Shown: positions 19,901 through 31,900 of the stretch, one piece after another
Layout: every line of letters begins with the position of its first letter
How positions within the stretch are numbered: the first letter of the stretch is position 1
DNA from: an uncultured Candidatus Saccharibacteria bacterium
GTDB lineage: Bacteria > Patescibacteriota > Minisyncoccia > Phycocordibacterales > SBAW01
DNA: 64,000 nucleotides
NCBI GenBank assembly: GCA_964650645.1
Contig: CAZYUH010000001.1
Location: 411,032-475,031, forward strand
Direction: 5' to 3'
The notes under the pieces: model-generated
Databases searched by the model: none
Seen by the model: the letters and a program-made list of their open reading frames with translations, nothing else
What the model was told of the DNA's origin: nothing
Made by a program: the position numbers and the translations under genes

Positions 19901-22900
19901 CAGCACGGTACGCGGGATGGTCTCGGCCTCGGGCCCGCTCTCGTACAACTCCTCGACCGGCATCTTCTCCATCTTCCAGGCCGGCGCGGGCCAGGACGGC
20001 TACCTCTCGTCTGCCGACTGGTCCGCCTTCAACGGCAAGCTCTCCAGCTCATCCATCGACACCTCCACCGAGCTCGCGTCGCTCATCGGCGACGAGACCG
20101 GCACGGGCGCGCTCGTATTCGGCACGGGCGCGACGCTGGCTTCCACGACGCTGTCGGGCAGCACGCTGCTCTCGAATGCCACCACTACGAACCTCGCCAT
20201 CACCGGCGTTACGTCGTCCTTGCTGAAGACCCTGGCAAACGGAGCGGTCGTGCCCGCCGTCGCCGGCAGCGATTACCTGACCAGCGCCACTATCTACCAG
20301 TACCCGTTCCCGAACAACGCGACGTCGACCCTCATAGCGTTCAACGGCGGCATTACCGCCGCCGCCTCGACGCTGTCCTCCACGACGCTTTCCGGCAGCA
20401 CGCTCCTTTCCAACGCGACGACGACCTCGCTCGGCTTCTCGGGGCTCGCCTCGACCCTGCTTAAGACCAACGCGCAGGGGACGGTGGTCGCCGCGAACGC
20501 CGGCACCGACTACGAGAATCCGCTCACATTCTCGACGGGCCTCAGCCGCATCGGGGACGTGGTGTCCAACAGCGGCGTCACGTCGGCGACCGGCACCCTC
20601 AACCAGATCAGCGTCAGCGCGAATACCGGCAATATAACCTTCTCGCTCCCGTCGCTCGTCAATCTCACCAACCTCACGGTCGCTGCGGCCACCACGACGA
20701 ACTCGTTCACGTCCGGCGCGCTGAGCGCTTCGACGGCGCGCTTCGGCTCGACGGCCACCACGACTATCGACGCGGCGGGCAACCTCGCGGTCGCGGGCAC
20801 CTTCGACGGCGCGGGCCTCGCGTCCTGCAGCGGCACCGCCGACAAGCTCCTGTGGAACGCGGGCGTGTTCTCCTGCGGCGTCGATTCCGGTTCCGGCGGC
20901 GGCACCAGCGAGATAAACTGGACCTGGTTCAACGGCTCGGCGGTCCGCGTCTCGACCTCGACCAACCAGGTGCTCATCGGCACCAACGCCACCTCGACGC
21001 TCGCCAAGCTCGAGGTGGTGGGCGGCGTCTTTACCGACAATGCGACCTCCACCGCGAGCCTGTTCGGCGGCCGCATAACGGGCAACAGCGCGGCGTTCGG
21101 CACGACCGCGTCGACCACCATCGACGCGCTGGGCAACGTGGGCATCGGCTCGACGACGCCGTCGGCGCGCCTCGCGGTCGTGGGCGGAAACATACTGCAG
21201 ACCGCGTCCGGCGATCCCAAGCTGGTCGCTTCAAGCGCGCTCGGCCACCGTACCTATGCCACGGCCGTATCGGGCCGGTACGCCTATGTCGCCAACGAGA
21301 CCGGGGGCCTGCGCATCCTCGATATCTCGAACCCGGCGGCTCCGGTCGTGACCGGCTCGTTCGCGTACAACGGCGGGTCTTCGGCAGCTATATCCATAGC
21401 GGTCGCGGGCCAGTACGCGTACGTCGGCGACAACGCCATAGGCCTCGTTATCATCGATGTCTCCAACCCGGCCGCGCCCTCGGTCGTGAGCACGAGCGCT
21501 ATCGTCAACGATCCGTGGAACCTCGCGCTTTCCGGCAAGTACCTGTACGTGGCGGACGGCAATGCCAAGGCGCTCAAGATAATAGACGTCTCCAACCCGG
21601 CCGCGCCGGTGGTGGCCGGCTCTTTCGTCTCCGGCGGCTCGACCCAGCCGCAGGCCGTGGCGGTAGCGGGCAAGTACGCGTACATGAGCGACGCCTCGCT
21701 GGGCAACATATATATAGTAGACATCTCGAACCCCACGGCGCCCGCCCTGACCGCCACCTACGCATCGGGCGGCTCTCCGATGAGCCTGTACGCTTCGGGC
21801 AAGTACCTGTACGTGGCGGACCTCGTAAACGGCTTTTATTCGCTCAATGTCAGCAATCCCAATGCTACCCCGACGCTGGTCGGCAGCTATGCGGGCTCGC
21901 ACTACGGCGTAGCGGTCGCGGGCCAGTACGCCTACATCGCCAACGACGCGGGCCACGAGCTGACCGTGCTCGACCTTGCCAACCAGTCGAGCCCGGCGCT
22001 GGTGGGCGGCGTCGATGTCGGCGACGAGGCGCTCGGCATCACCATGGCGGGCAAGTACGCCTTCATCGCTGCCAACCTCAACGGCCTCGCGGTCGTCGAC
22101 GTGAACGGCGCGAGCTTCCCGGCCGCGAACATCGCGAGCCTCCAGAGCGGCATGGCGAACATCGCCGACGCGCTCACCGTGGGCGGCAATATATACGCCG
22201 GCGGCGGGCTCGATGTCGGCGTATCGGGCATCTACAGCCGCGGCACAATCGCCGCCTACGTCGCGAGCTCGACCGAGCTTAATCCCGTCGTGGCGACCTT
22301 CATGGGCGGCAACGTCGGGATAGGCACTACCTCGCCGTTCGCAAAGCTCTCGGTCGGCGGCAGCGGATTCTTCGGCGGCTCGCTCACCGCGAGCAGTATA
22401 ACCGCGAGCACGTCGGCCTCGCTCGCTTCGACGACGCTTGTAGGGAACACGCTCCTCTCTAACGCAACGACGACATCGTTTGCGATTTCCGGCATTTCGG
22501 GCGCGCTTCTTAAGACCCTCGCAAACGGCGCGGTCGTCCCGGCGGTGGCGGGCACCGACTACGCTTCGCCGTCGGATATCTTCGCCTACCCGTTCCCGTC
22601 AAACGCCACCACCACCCAGCTGGCGTTCAATGGGGGATTGAGCGCGACGACCATCACGGCGAACGCCGCGACCTCGACGTCGCTCTTTAGCGGCCGCGTC
22701 ACGGGCAACACGGCGAGCTTCGGCGCGACCGCGACCTCGTCGTTCTCGAGCAACGGCACGCTCAGCCTCGCGGGGCTCTCAAGCGCCCTGCTTTCCACAG
22801 ACGCCTCCGGCGCCGTCGTCGCTACCACTACGCTCTCCACTAACTACCTCTTCGGGCACCTCGGATTCATCAACGGCGTGGCGTTCAGCGCGGGCGGCAG

Positions 22901-25900
22901 CAGCATCATCACCGCCGCCTCCTCCACGCTCTTGGCGAACAACAATACCTTCAGCGGAACCAACACCTTCTCTAATATCATCACCGGCTCCGTGTCCGGC
23001 AATGCGGGGACCGCCACGGCCCTCCAGACCCCCCGCACCATCAACGGCGTCACCTTCGACGGCACCGGAAACATAGTGATTACTGCGGCATCCTCTACTT
23101 TGCTTGCAAACAACAACACGTTCAGCGGCACCAACATCTTCAGCAACACGATCAACGGCTCCATCACCGGCAACGCGGGCACGGTGACCAACGGCGTGTA
23201 CACCACCACCTTTGGCGGCCTGTTCGCGGGGCAGCTCGCGGGCACGACGACCGACGCGCTGGCGGAAGGCTCGGCCAACCTCTACTACACCCAAGCCCGC
23301 GCCACCGCGAACTTCATCGCGAACCTCGCGGGCACGTCGAGCGTCGCCTCCATCACGACGCTCCCGAACCTCTCCCTGCCGTCCTCGCAGGTGACGGGCC
23401 TGTTCGCGTATCCGTTCCCCAGCAACGCCACCACCACCTCCATCGCCTTCAACGGCGGCCTCACCGGCACGCTCACGGGCTCGCTCGTAGGCAACGCCTC
23501 CACCGCCACGGCCCTCCAGACCCCCCGCACCATCAACGGCGTCACCTTCGACGGCACCTCCAACATCACCGTAACCGCGGCCTCCTCCACGCTCTTGGCG
23601 AACAACAACACGTTCAGCGGCACCAACACGTTCTCAAATACCATCAACGGCTCCATCACCGGCAACGCGGGCACGGTGACCAACGGCGTGTACACCACGA
23701 CGTTCAACTCGCTCTTCGACCCGCGCTTCGTCACTCAGCTCGCGGCAACCTCCTCAATCGCGAGCATCACCACCTTGCCGAACCTCTCGCTCCCGTACTC
23801 CCAGCTCACGGGCACGCCCGCCATCGCGGGCTACCCGTTCGCAGGGGCAGGGAACTCGACCTCGACGCTGACCCAATTCAACGGCGGCCTGACCGCGTAC
23901 GCGAGCTCGACCATCGGCAACGGCACGGCAACCGGCGGCCTCACCGTCAGCGGTAATGCGACGACGACCGGCAATGCGTACATTGCCGGCAATCTAACCG
24001 CAGCCGGAACCGTGGCGGCAAACGGCGTATCCACGGCGATGATAAGGGACGCATCAAGCGTCAGCGCCTTGGATATAGCGAATAGGAGGCTGCTGGATTC
24101 CGGCACGGTCAATGCTCTGGATTTCAGCTCCGCTTCAAGCATCAAGCTCACTCAATACACTTCAAACGGCTTCCTCAAGACTTCAGGCGGCAATGGAACC
24201 TTGTCTGTCGATACGACGATATCGACATCTGGCGGCAATGTCGGCATCGGCACCACTAGCCCGTACGCAAAGCTTTCTGTCGCAGGCCAAGTCGTCGCGG
24301 CAAGCTTCGTGGGTACTACCACCGCTACCTCTACGCTTGGTGGTGGTATGAATATCGCCTCGGGCTGCTACGCCGTAAACGGCACGTGCCTCTCTGCGGC
24401 AAGCCTCGGCGCCTCCACCTTCGCCTACCCGTTCCCCTCGAACGCCACCACGACCCAGATCGCGTTCAACGGCGGCGCCACCTTTGCCGGCGCCACCACG
24501 ACCGCGCTCGCAGTGACCGGCTCGACCACCGTCTCCTCGGTCCTCAACGTCGGCGGCGTAATCAACGCCAACGGCGGCATCACCGCCGGTACGTACAACG
24601 CATCCGGCGCGTCATCGACCGTCCTGTCGCTTAGCGGCCAGGCGCTGCTCTCAGCCTCGAGTACCACCAGTTCCGTCTTCCTGGGGCTGAACTCGGGTGC
24701 GTTGAACCAGTCGACCGGCGTCTATAACAGCGGCCTCGGCGCCGGCGCGCTCGCTTCCAACACCACCGGTACCCGCAACAGCGCCTTCGGCTTCGCGACC
24801 CTCGTCTCCAACACCAGCGGCGCCGGCAACACCGCCGCGGGCTTCCAGTCCATGCAGTCAAACACTGTCGGCATTAATAACAGCGCCTTCGGCTACAATT
24901 CGCTCGCCACCAACAGCTACGGCGTCTACAACACCGCGGTCGGCTCCCATTCGCTTTTTGCAAATACTAGCGGCGTCTACAACACCGCCAGCGGCTACGC
25001 CTCCCTCGTCTTCAACAGCTACGGCACCTTCAATAGCGCCTTCGGCTCCCAGGCGCTCTACAACAACGGCAGCGGATCCTACAACAGCGCCTTCGGCTAC
25101 TTCGCGGGGAAGACCAACACTGTCGGCACTTCAACGACTCTGGTCGGCTCCTTCAGCGACGTCGCGGCGAACAATCTCTCCACTTCGACCGCCATCGGCG
25201 CCGGCGCCGTGGTTAGCGCGAGCAACTCCTTGGTTCTCGGCGGCCTGGGGCAGAGCAGCGTGCTCGCGGGCGTGGGCACGACGACGCCGTTCGCGCGCTT
25301 CAGCATCCAGGCGAACCCGACCGACTCCGTTCCCAATGCCATGCTCTTCGCCATCGGCTCATCGACCGCGAGCGCGACCACCACGCTCTTCTCGGTCTCC
25401 AACACCGGTTCCACTACCGCGCAGAACGGCATCAATATCGCCAACGGCTGCTACGCCGTAAACGGCGCCTGCCTCTCGGCGGCGACGTTCGGCGCGTCGA
25501 CCTTCGCCTACCCGTTCCCATCCAACGCCACCACCACCTCCATCGCCTTCAACGGCGGCCTCACCGGCACGCTCACGGGCTCGCTCGTAGGCAACGCCTC
25601 CACCGCCACGGCCCTCCAGACCCCCCGCACCATCAACGGCGTCACCTTCGACGGCACCGGAAACATAGTGATTACTGCGGCATCCTCTACTTTGCTTGCA
25701 AACAACAACACGTTCAGCGGCACCAACACGTTCTCCAACACCATCAGCGGCTCAATCACCGGCAACGCGGGCACGGTCACGAACGGCGTCTATACCACGA
25801 CCTTTGGCGGCCTGTTCGCGGGGCAGCTCGCGGGTACCACGACCGACGCGCTGGCGGAAGGCTCGGCCAACCTCTACTACACCCAAGCCCGCGCCACCGC

Positions 25901-28900
25901 GAACTTCATCGCCAACCTCGCGGGCACGTCGAGCGTCGCCTCCATCACGACGCTCCCGAACCTCTCCATACTCTCCTCGCAGGTCTCCGACCTGGCGACG
26001 ACGATCGGCGCCGCGTACCCGTTCGCGCTGGCGGGCAACGCGACCTCGACCCTGACGCAGTTCAATGGAGGCCTCACCGCGTACGCATCCTCGACCATCG
26101 GCAACGGCACCGCGGGCCTCACCGTCTCCGGCAACTCGACCACGACCGGCACCGCGTACTTCGTGGGCAACGTGGGCATCGGTACGACTTCGCCGTTTGC
26201 AGCGCTGTCGGTACAGGGCGCTTCATCGCAAGCCGCCGCGACAAATGCCCCTGTTGCCTTTTCGGTACTTGGCGGTACGGGCTCGACTACGGGCCTGGGA
26301 GGCGCAATTGCCCTTACTGGAGGCACTGGCGGCAATGGCGTTGGTGGTAGTGGCGGAGGCATTTCCCTGACAGGTGGAAATAGCGGAGGAGGCATAGCTT
26401 CTGCGGGAGGAACAGTCGCTCTTTCTGCAGGCAATGGAGGAGGCGCTACTCCCGGCGCCGGCGGCGCTTTGACGATCTCCGGAGGAATAGCTTCAGGAAA
26501 CGCCGGAGGCATCGTAATTAGTTCGGGAAGCGCCAATATTGCCGCATCAAACACCTCCGGCGGAAACATAACCATGATAGCGGGCAACGGCGGCGGTGCA
26601 GGTTCAGTAGGTGCTGGAGGAAGCTTCACTTTTAACAGCGGCAGCGGCAATGTGGGCTCTGCCTCGCAGGCGGCCGGCAGCTTTACCTTTAACGGCGGCA
26701 GCGCCGGAGCCTCTAAGCAGGGAGGCAGCTTTGCCTTTAACGGAGGCGCCGGCTCGACAACCGGCAACGGCGGTGATTTCTCGATTACCGGGGGTACGGG
26801 CGGCAACTCGGCAGGATCGCGCGGCGGCAACATCACTTTGAATCCTGGCGCAGCAGGGACGAGCGGCGCGGTTGGCAATGTGCTGCTGGCAACCTTAAAC
26901 GGCAATGTCGGCATAGGCACCACCAGCCCGTACGCCAAGCTTTCTGTCGCTGGCTCGGTCGTAGCCGCCAGCTTCGTGGGCACCACCACCGCAACCTCTA
27001 CGCTCGGCGGCGGCATGGACATCGCTACCGGCTGCTACGCCATCAACGGAACCTGCCTCTCGGCGGCAAGCCTCGGCGCCTCGACCTTCGCGTACCCGTT
27101 CCCCTCGAACGCGACCTCCACCTCAATCGCGTTCAGCGGCGGGCTGACCGGCACGCTCACGGGCTCCCTGGTGGGCAACGCCTCCACCGCCACGGCGCTG
27201 CAGACCGGCCGCGCGATCAACGGCGTCACCTTCGACGGCACTTCCAACATCACCGTCACCGCGGCGTCCTCGACGCTCCTCGCCAACGACAACACGTTCT
27301 CGGGCACCAACACGTTCAGCAACACCATCAGCGGCTCCATCACCGGCAACGCCGGCACCGTCACCAACGGCGTATACACGACCACGTTCAACGGCCTGTT
27401 CGACAATCGCCTCTCGGCCTCGTCGTCGATCGCGGGCATCACGACGCTGCCGAACCTCTCGCTGCCGGCTTCGCAGGTCACCGGGCTTGCGGCCTACCCG
27501 TTCCCGTCCAACGCCACCACCACGCAGATCGCGTTCAACGGCGGGCTGACGGCGTATGCCTCGACCACTATCGGCAATGGCACCGCGATCGGCGGCCTTA
27601 CCATCAGCGGCGGCGCGACGACGACGGGCACCGCGTACTTCGCGGGCAATGTGGGCATCGGCACCTCTTCTCCCTACCAGGCGCTCTCCGTGGTCGGCAG
27701 CACTACGCTCCAGGCCAATGCTGCGGCGGCTTATTCCTGGACCAACGCCTCGCAGCCGGAGGGCGTGACGCTCCGCATCGGAGCCGATGGCTCTAGCGTA
27801 GCCGGCCTCCTGATACAGGGCTCCAATAGCGGGGCAGGCATAACCGATTACCTGTCCGTATACAATCGCTTCGGCACGAGGCTCTTTGGCGTGACCGATA
27901 GCGGGGTCGGTATCGGAGGCAATACCAGGCTGACCGTCGGCCCGGGCTTTGCATCCGGCGCATCGCTAAACCCGACCGGCGTAAACGACTACAGCATATT
28001 CGGCTCTTCGGCGACAAGCACGCCTGCTCAGCTCATATGGGACGCGCGCCGAGGCACGTTCTACGAAGACAGGACCACCCCGATCCTGCGCTTTGCGGGC
28101 AATGTTGGAGGAGGCAATAGCCCGATTATCGGGGAATCCGTCGGAGGCATAAACATACTCAATGCCAGCACGACGCGCGGACTTTCCTTCGCCAGCTACG
28201 CGTCGAGCACCGGCCAGTTCATCGAGAACTTCCGCATACTCTCGACCGGCAACACCGGCTTCGGCACCTCCAGTCCTTTCGCCAAGCTCGCCGTGCAGGC
28301 CGGCGACGGCGATACGGCGACGACGCTCTTCGCTATCGGCTCTTCGACCGCGAGCGCGACCACCACGCTCTTCTCGGTCTCCAATACCGGCTCGACCACC
28401 ATCCAGAACGGCGTCAACATCGCCGGCGGCTGCTACGCCGTCAACGGCACCTGCCTTTCGGCGGCAACGTTCGGCGCCTCGACCTTCGCCTACCCGTTCC
28501 TCAGCAACGCCACATCGACGACGCTCACGTTCTCGGGAGGACTGCTCGCGACCGCGTCCTCGACCTTCTCGGGCCAGCTCAATCTGGGCGGCACTGCGGC
28601 GAATATCGCGCTCGGCTCCAACTACCTCTCCGGCGACGGCGGCGACGAGGGCGTATTCGTGAACTCCGGCGGCGACGTCGGCATCGGCACCAACGGCCTC
28701 ATTTCAAGCCACGTGCTGACAGTGGCGGGCAACCAGTACCTCTCCGGCGGGCTTGGCGTAGGCGGCGGCAATACGGTGCCGGGTTCGGCGCACATCTACG
28801 GCTCTGCCGGCGATGCGACGTCGCTCACGATTGATGCGCCCAACGCGTCCAGCGCGTCGGCGCTGAACATAAGCGGGCCGTCGAGCGGGAAGGCGTTCGC

Positions 28901-31900
28901 CATTACGGCGACGGGCGAGACCCTGGCGCGCGGCATGTTCTACGTCGACGGCTCGTACGGCATCGGCCCGGGCGGCAACTCGTACTCGCGCGACACGTTC
29001 ATATCGCGCAGCGCGACCAGCACGCTCTTGGTGTCATCGGACATGGCAAGCGGCGCCGCGAACCTCATCGTGACGGGCAACATCGGCGTCGGCACCACCT
29101 CGCCGTACGCGAAGCTCTCGGTGACCGGAGACGCGGTGCTCTCCGGATCGAGCCCGACGCTGACCCTGCACGACACCGGCGGCAACTCGTTCAATACCAT
29201 CCAGAACGCGGGCGGCGGACTGCAATTCAATACCGGGTCGGGCAACAGCATCGTCTTCCAGCAGGCGGGCGTCGAGGCTGCGCGCTTCGTGACGGGCTCG
29301 CGCAATTTCGGCATCGGCACTTCCTCGCCGTCCCAGGCGCTCTCGGTCGCGGGCAACGGCTACGTTTCCGGCGGCTTCGGCATCGGCATGCCTCCGGCAG
29401 CGGCGGGCGGGCTGTACTTCAACCGCGCGGGCAACGACCCGTTCTTCTCGTGGTACGAAAGCGGGGTAAACGTCGGCCAGATACGCGCCGATGCGACCCG
29501 CGGCGGCATCTACTTCGCGGATACGACCGGCGGGACGACGTATTTCCAGGTAAACACCAGCGGAGCCGGGGCGGGCAACGTCGGCGTCGGCACCACCACG
29601 CCGGGCTCCTTGCTCGCCATAGGCAACACCGGCGGCATCAACTTCACGACCGCCACCTCGACCTTCAATACGACCGGCGGCATCAACATCAACTCGGGCT
29701 GCTTTGCCATGAACGGCACCTGCATTACCGCGGGCGGCGGAGGAGGCGTCTCGCTGAGCGCCGCCAATACGTGGACCGCGCTGCAGACCTTCCAGTCCGG
29801 CCTCCTCTCCCAGGCGTCCTCCACCTTCACCGGCGCGCTCACCCTCAGCGGCGGCATCGTCAATTACGCGGCCAACTCGACCTCGACCGTCCCGAACAAC
29901 GCGGCCTACGCGTGGACCATCGCCACCTCCTCGACCGCCCAGCCGCTCTTTGCTATAGACACCACCTCCGGCTCCGAAAGCGTCTCTTTGGGCGCGGCCG
30001 GCGCGGATGTCTACATCGGCGACGCCGGCTCCTCGCCTGATCTCGTGTTCGAGAACAGCGGCACGATAAAGACCGCGAGCGGCGGCACGCTCACGATCGG
30101 CGACGGCTCCGACATCGTCAACTTCGGCGTCAACGTCGGCATCGGCTCGACGACGCCCGGCTCGCTGCTTTCCGTCGGCGACACGAACGGCATCAACTTC
30201 ACGACCGCCACCTCGACCTTCTCCTCCACCGGCGGCATCAACATCGCTTCCGGCTGCTTCGCGGTCAACGGTACGTGCATCACCGGTGGGGGCGGCGGCA
30301 GCTCGGCGTCCTCCACATTGCTCGCTGACTTCAACACCTTCACCAACCTGCAGAGGTTTAACGGCGGCCTGCTCTCGCTCGCGTCCTCGACCATCGGCAA
30401 CGGCAATGCGGGCCTCACCATTTCCGGCAACTCGACCACCACGGGCAACTCGCTGGTCAGCGGCGGGCTCAACGTGGGCACGGTCCCGGTCGCGCCGGTC
30501 ACGGGCGGCATCTACCTCCAGCGCACGACCAATCCGTTCATCTCGTTCTACTACGGCTCGACGCAGGCGGGCCAGCTGCGCGCCAACTCGACGAGCCAGC
30601 TCTCGCTGACCGATCCTACCGGCAACAGCCCGTACCTCTCCATCAACACGTCCGGCGCGGCGGCGGGCAACGTCGGCGTCGGCACCACATCGCCGTTCGC
30701 CAACTTCGCGGTGCAGAAGAACTACGGCTCCACGAACACCACGCTGTTCGCCGTCAGCTCCTCGACCAACAGCGGCGGCACCACGGCGACCACGCTCTTC
30801 AGTGTCGACAGCTCCGGCGTCGCCACGGTGGGCAACGAGTCGGGCGCGGGCGACGCGAACTTCCAGTTCGCCTCCGACGCCAATGCCTGGTCGGTCGGCT
30901 ACAAGTCCTCCGACAAGTCGTTCAACATAGCGTCGTCCACCAACTTCTCGGGCACCGCGGCGCTCTCCATAGCCAAGAACGGCAACGCCACCTTCACGGG
31001 CTCGGGCGGCACCTGCACCATAAACGGCTCGGGCGAGTGCACTTCCGACATCCGCCTCAAGACGGACGTCGCGACGACGACCGGCCAGGACGCGCTCGCG
31101 AAGCTCGCGAAGCTCGACGCCATCACCTACACCTGGTCCGATCCGAAGCTCGACCAGGCGCAGCGCCTCGGCGTCGTCGCCCAGCAGGTGCAGGAGGTGT
31201 TCCCGCAGCTGGTGGGCTCGACGACCGTCAGCTTCATGGGCGTGACCGGCACCTACCTTACTGTCGACTACGGCGGCCTCGCGGCGCCGCTCATCGCCGC
31301 CGTCAACGAGCTCAACCTGCGCACGGGCTTCCTCGCGACGACGACCGCGACCTCCACTCCGGATGAGTTGGCGGACGGCCCGTTCAAGGCCGCGTCCGAT
31401 TGGCTGAAGTCGGCGCTCGCTTCGGGCCTCGACGCCATCCAGGGCGTCGCGGACATCGGCGTGCGCAACGTGGGCGCGGCGATCTACGCGGCGGCGGGCG
31501 CGTTCAACGAGGTGTTCGCGCAGACTATTACCGCCGACACGGTCAAGGCCAAGCAGTTGTGCCTCGAGGATGTCTGCATCACCAAGACTGAGCTCCAGAA
31601 CCTGCTCAACCAGCAGCACTCATCGGGCGGCGGGAGCGGCGGCAACGGCGGCGGGGGAGGGTCGGTGCCGCCGCCGGCGCCCGAACCTGCGGGCCCCGAG
31701 CCGGAGCCGCAGGCGTCGTCCACGCCGGAAACGGCGCCCGAGCCCGAGGCGCCGTCGCCTGGCGAGGCGTCTCCCGGGCCTGAGGCGCCTGCCCCCGAAC
31801 CGGACGCTCCCGCGCCTGAAGCGACTCCGGAGCCCGAACCGGAACCCGAGGATCCTGCTCCGCAGGATGCGCCCGCTCCCGCTCCGGCAAGCGCTCCGGC

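Larger units (their letters stand above)
14900..28600 (+). repeat. intragenic array of tail-fibre-like repeat modules, including several >300-nt segments with near-identical nucleotide sequence
   Basis: e.g. 16321-16620 vs 23421-23720 vs 25521-25820 are about 97% identical at nucleotide level; 17960-18370 vs 23180-23400 and 25820-25990. Confidence 0.85.
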
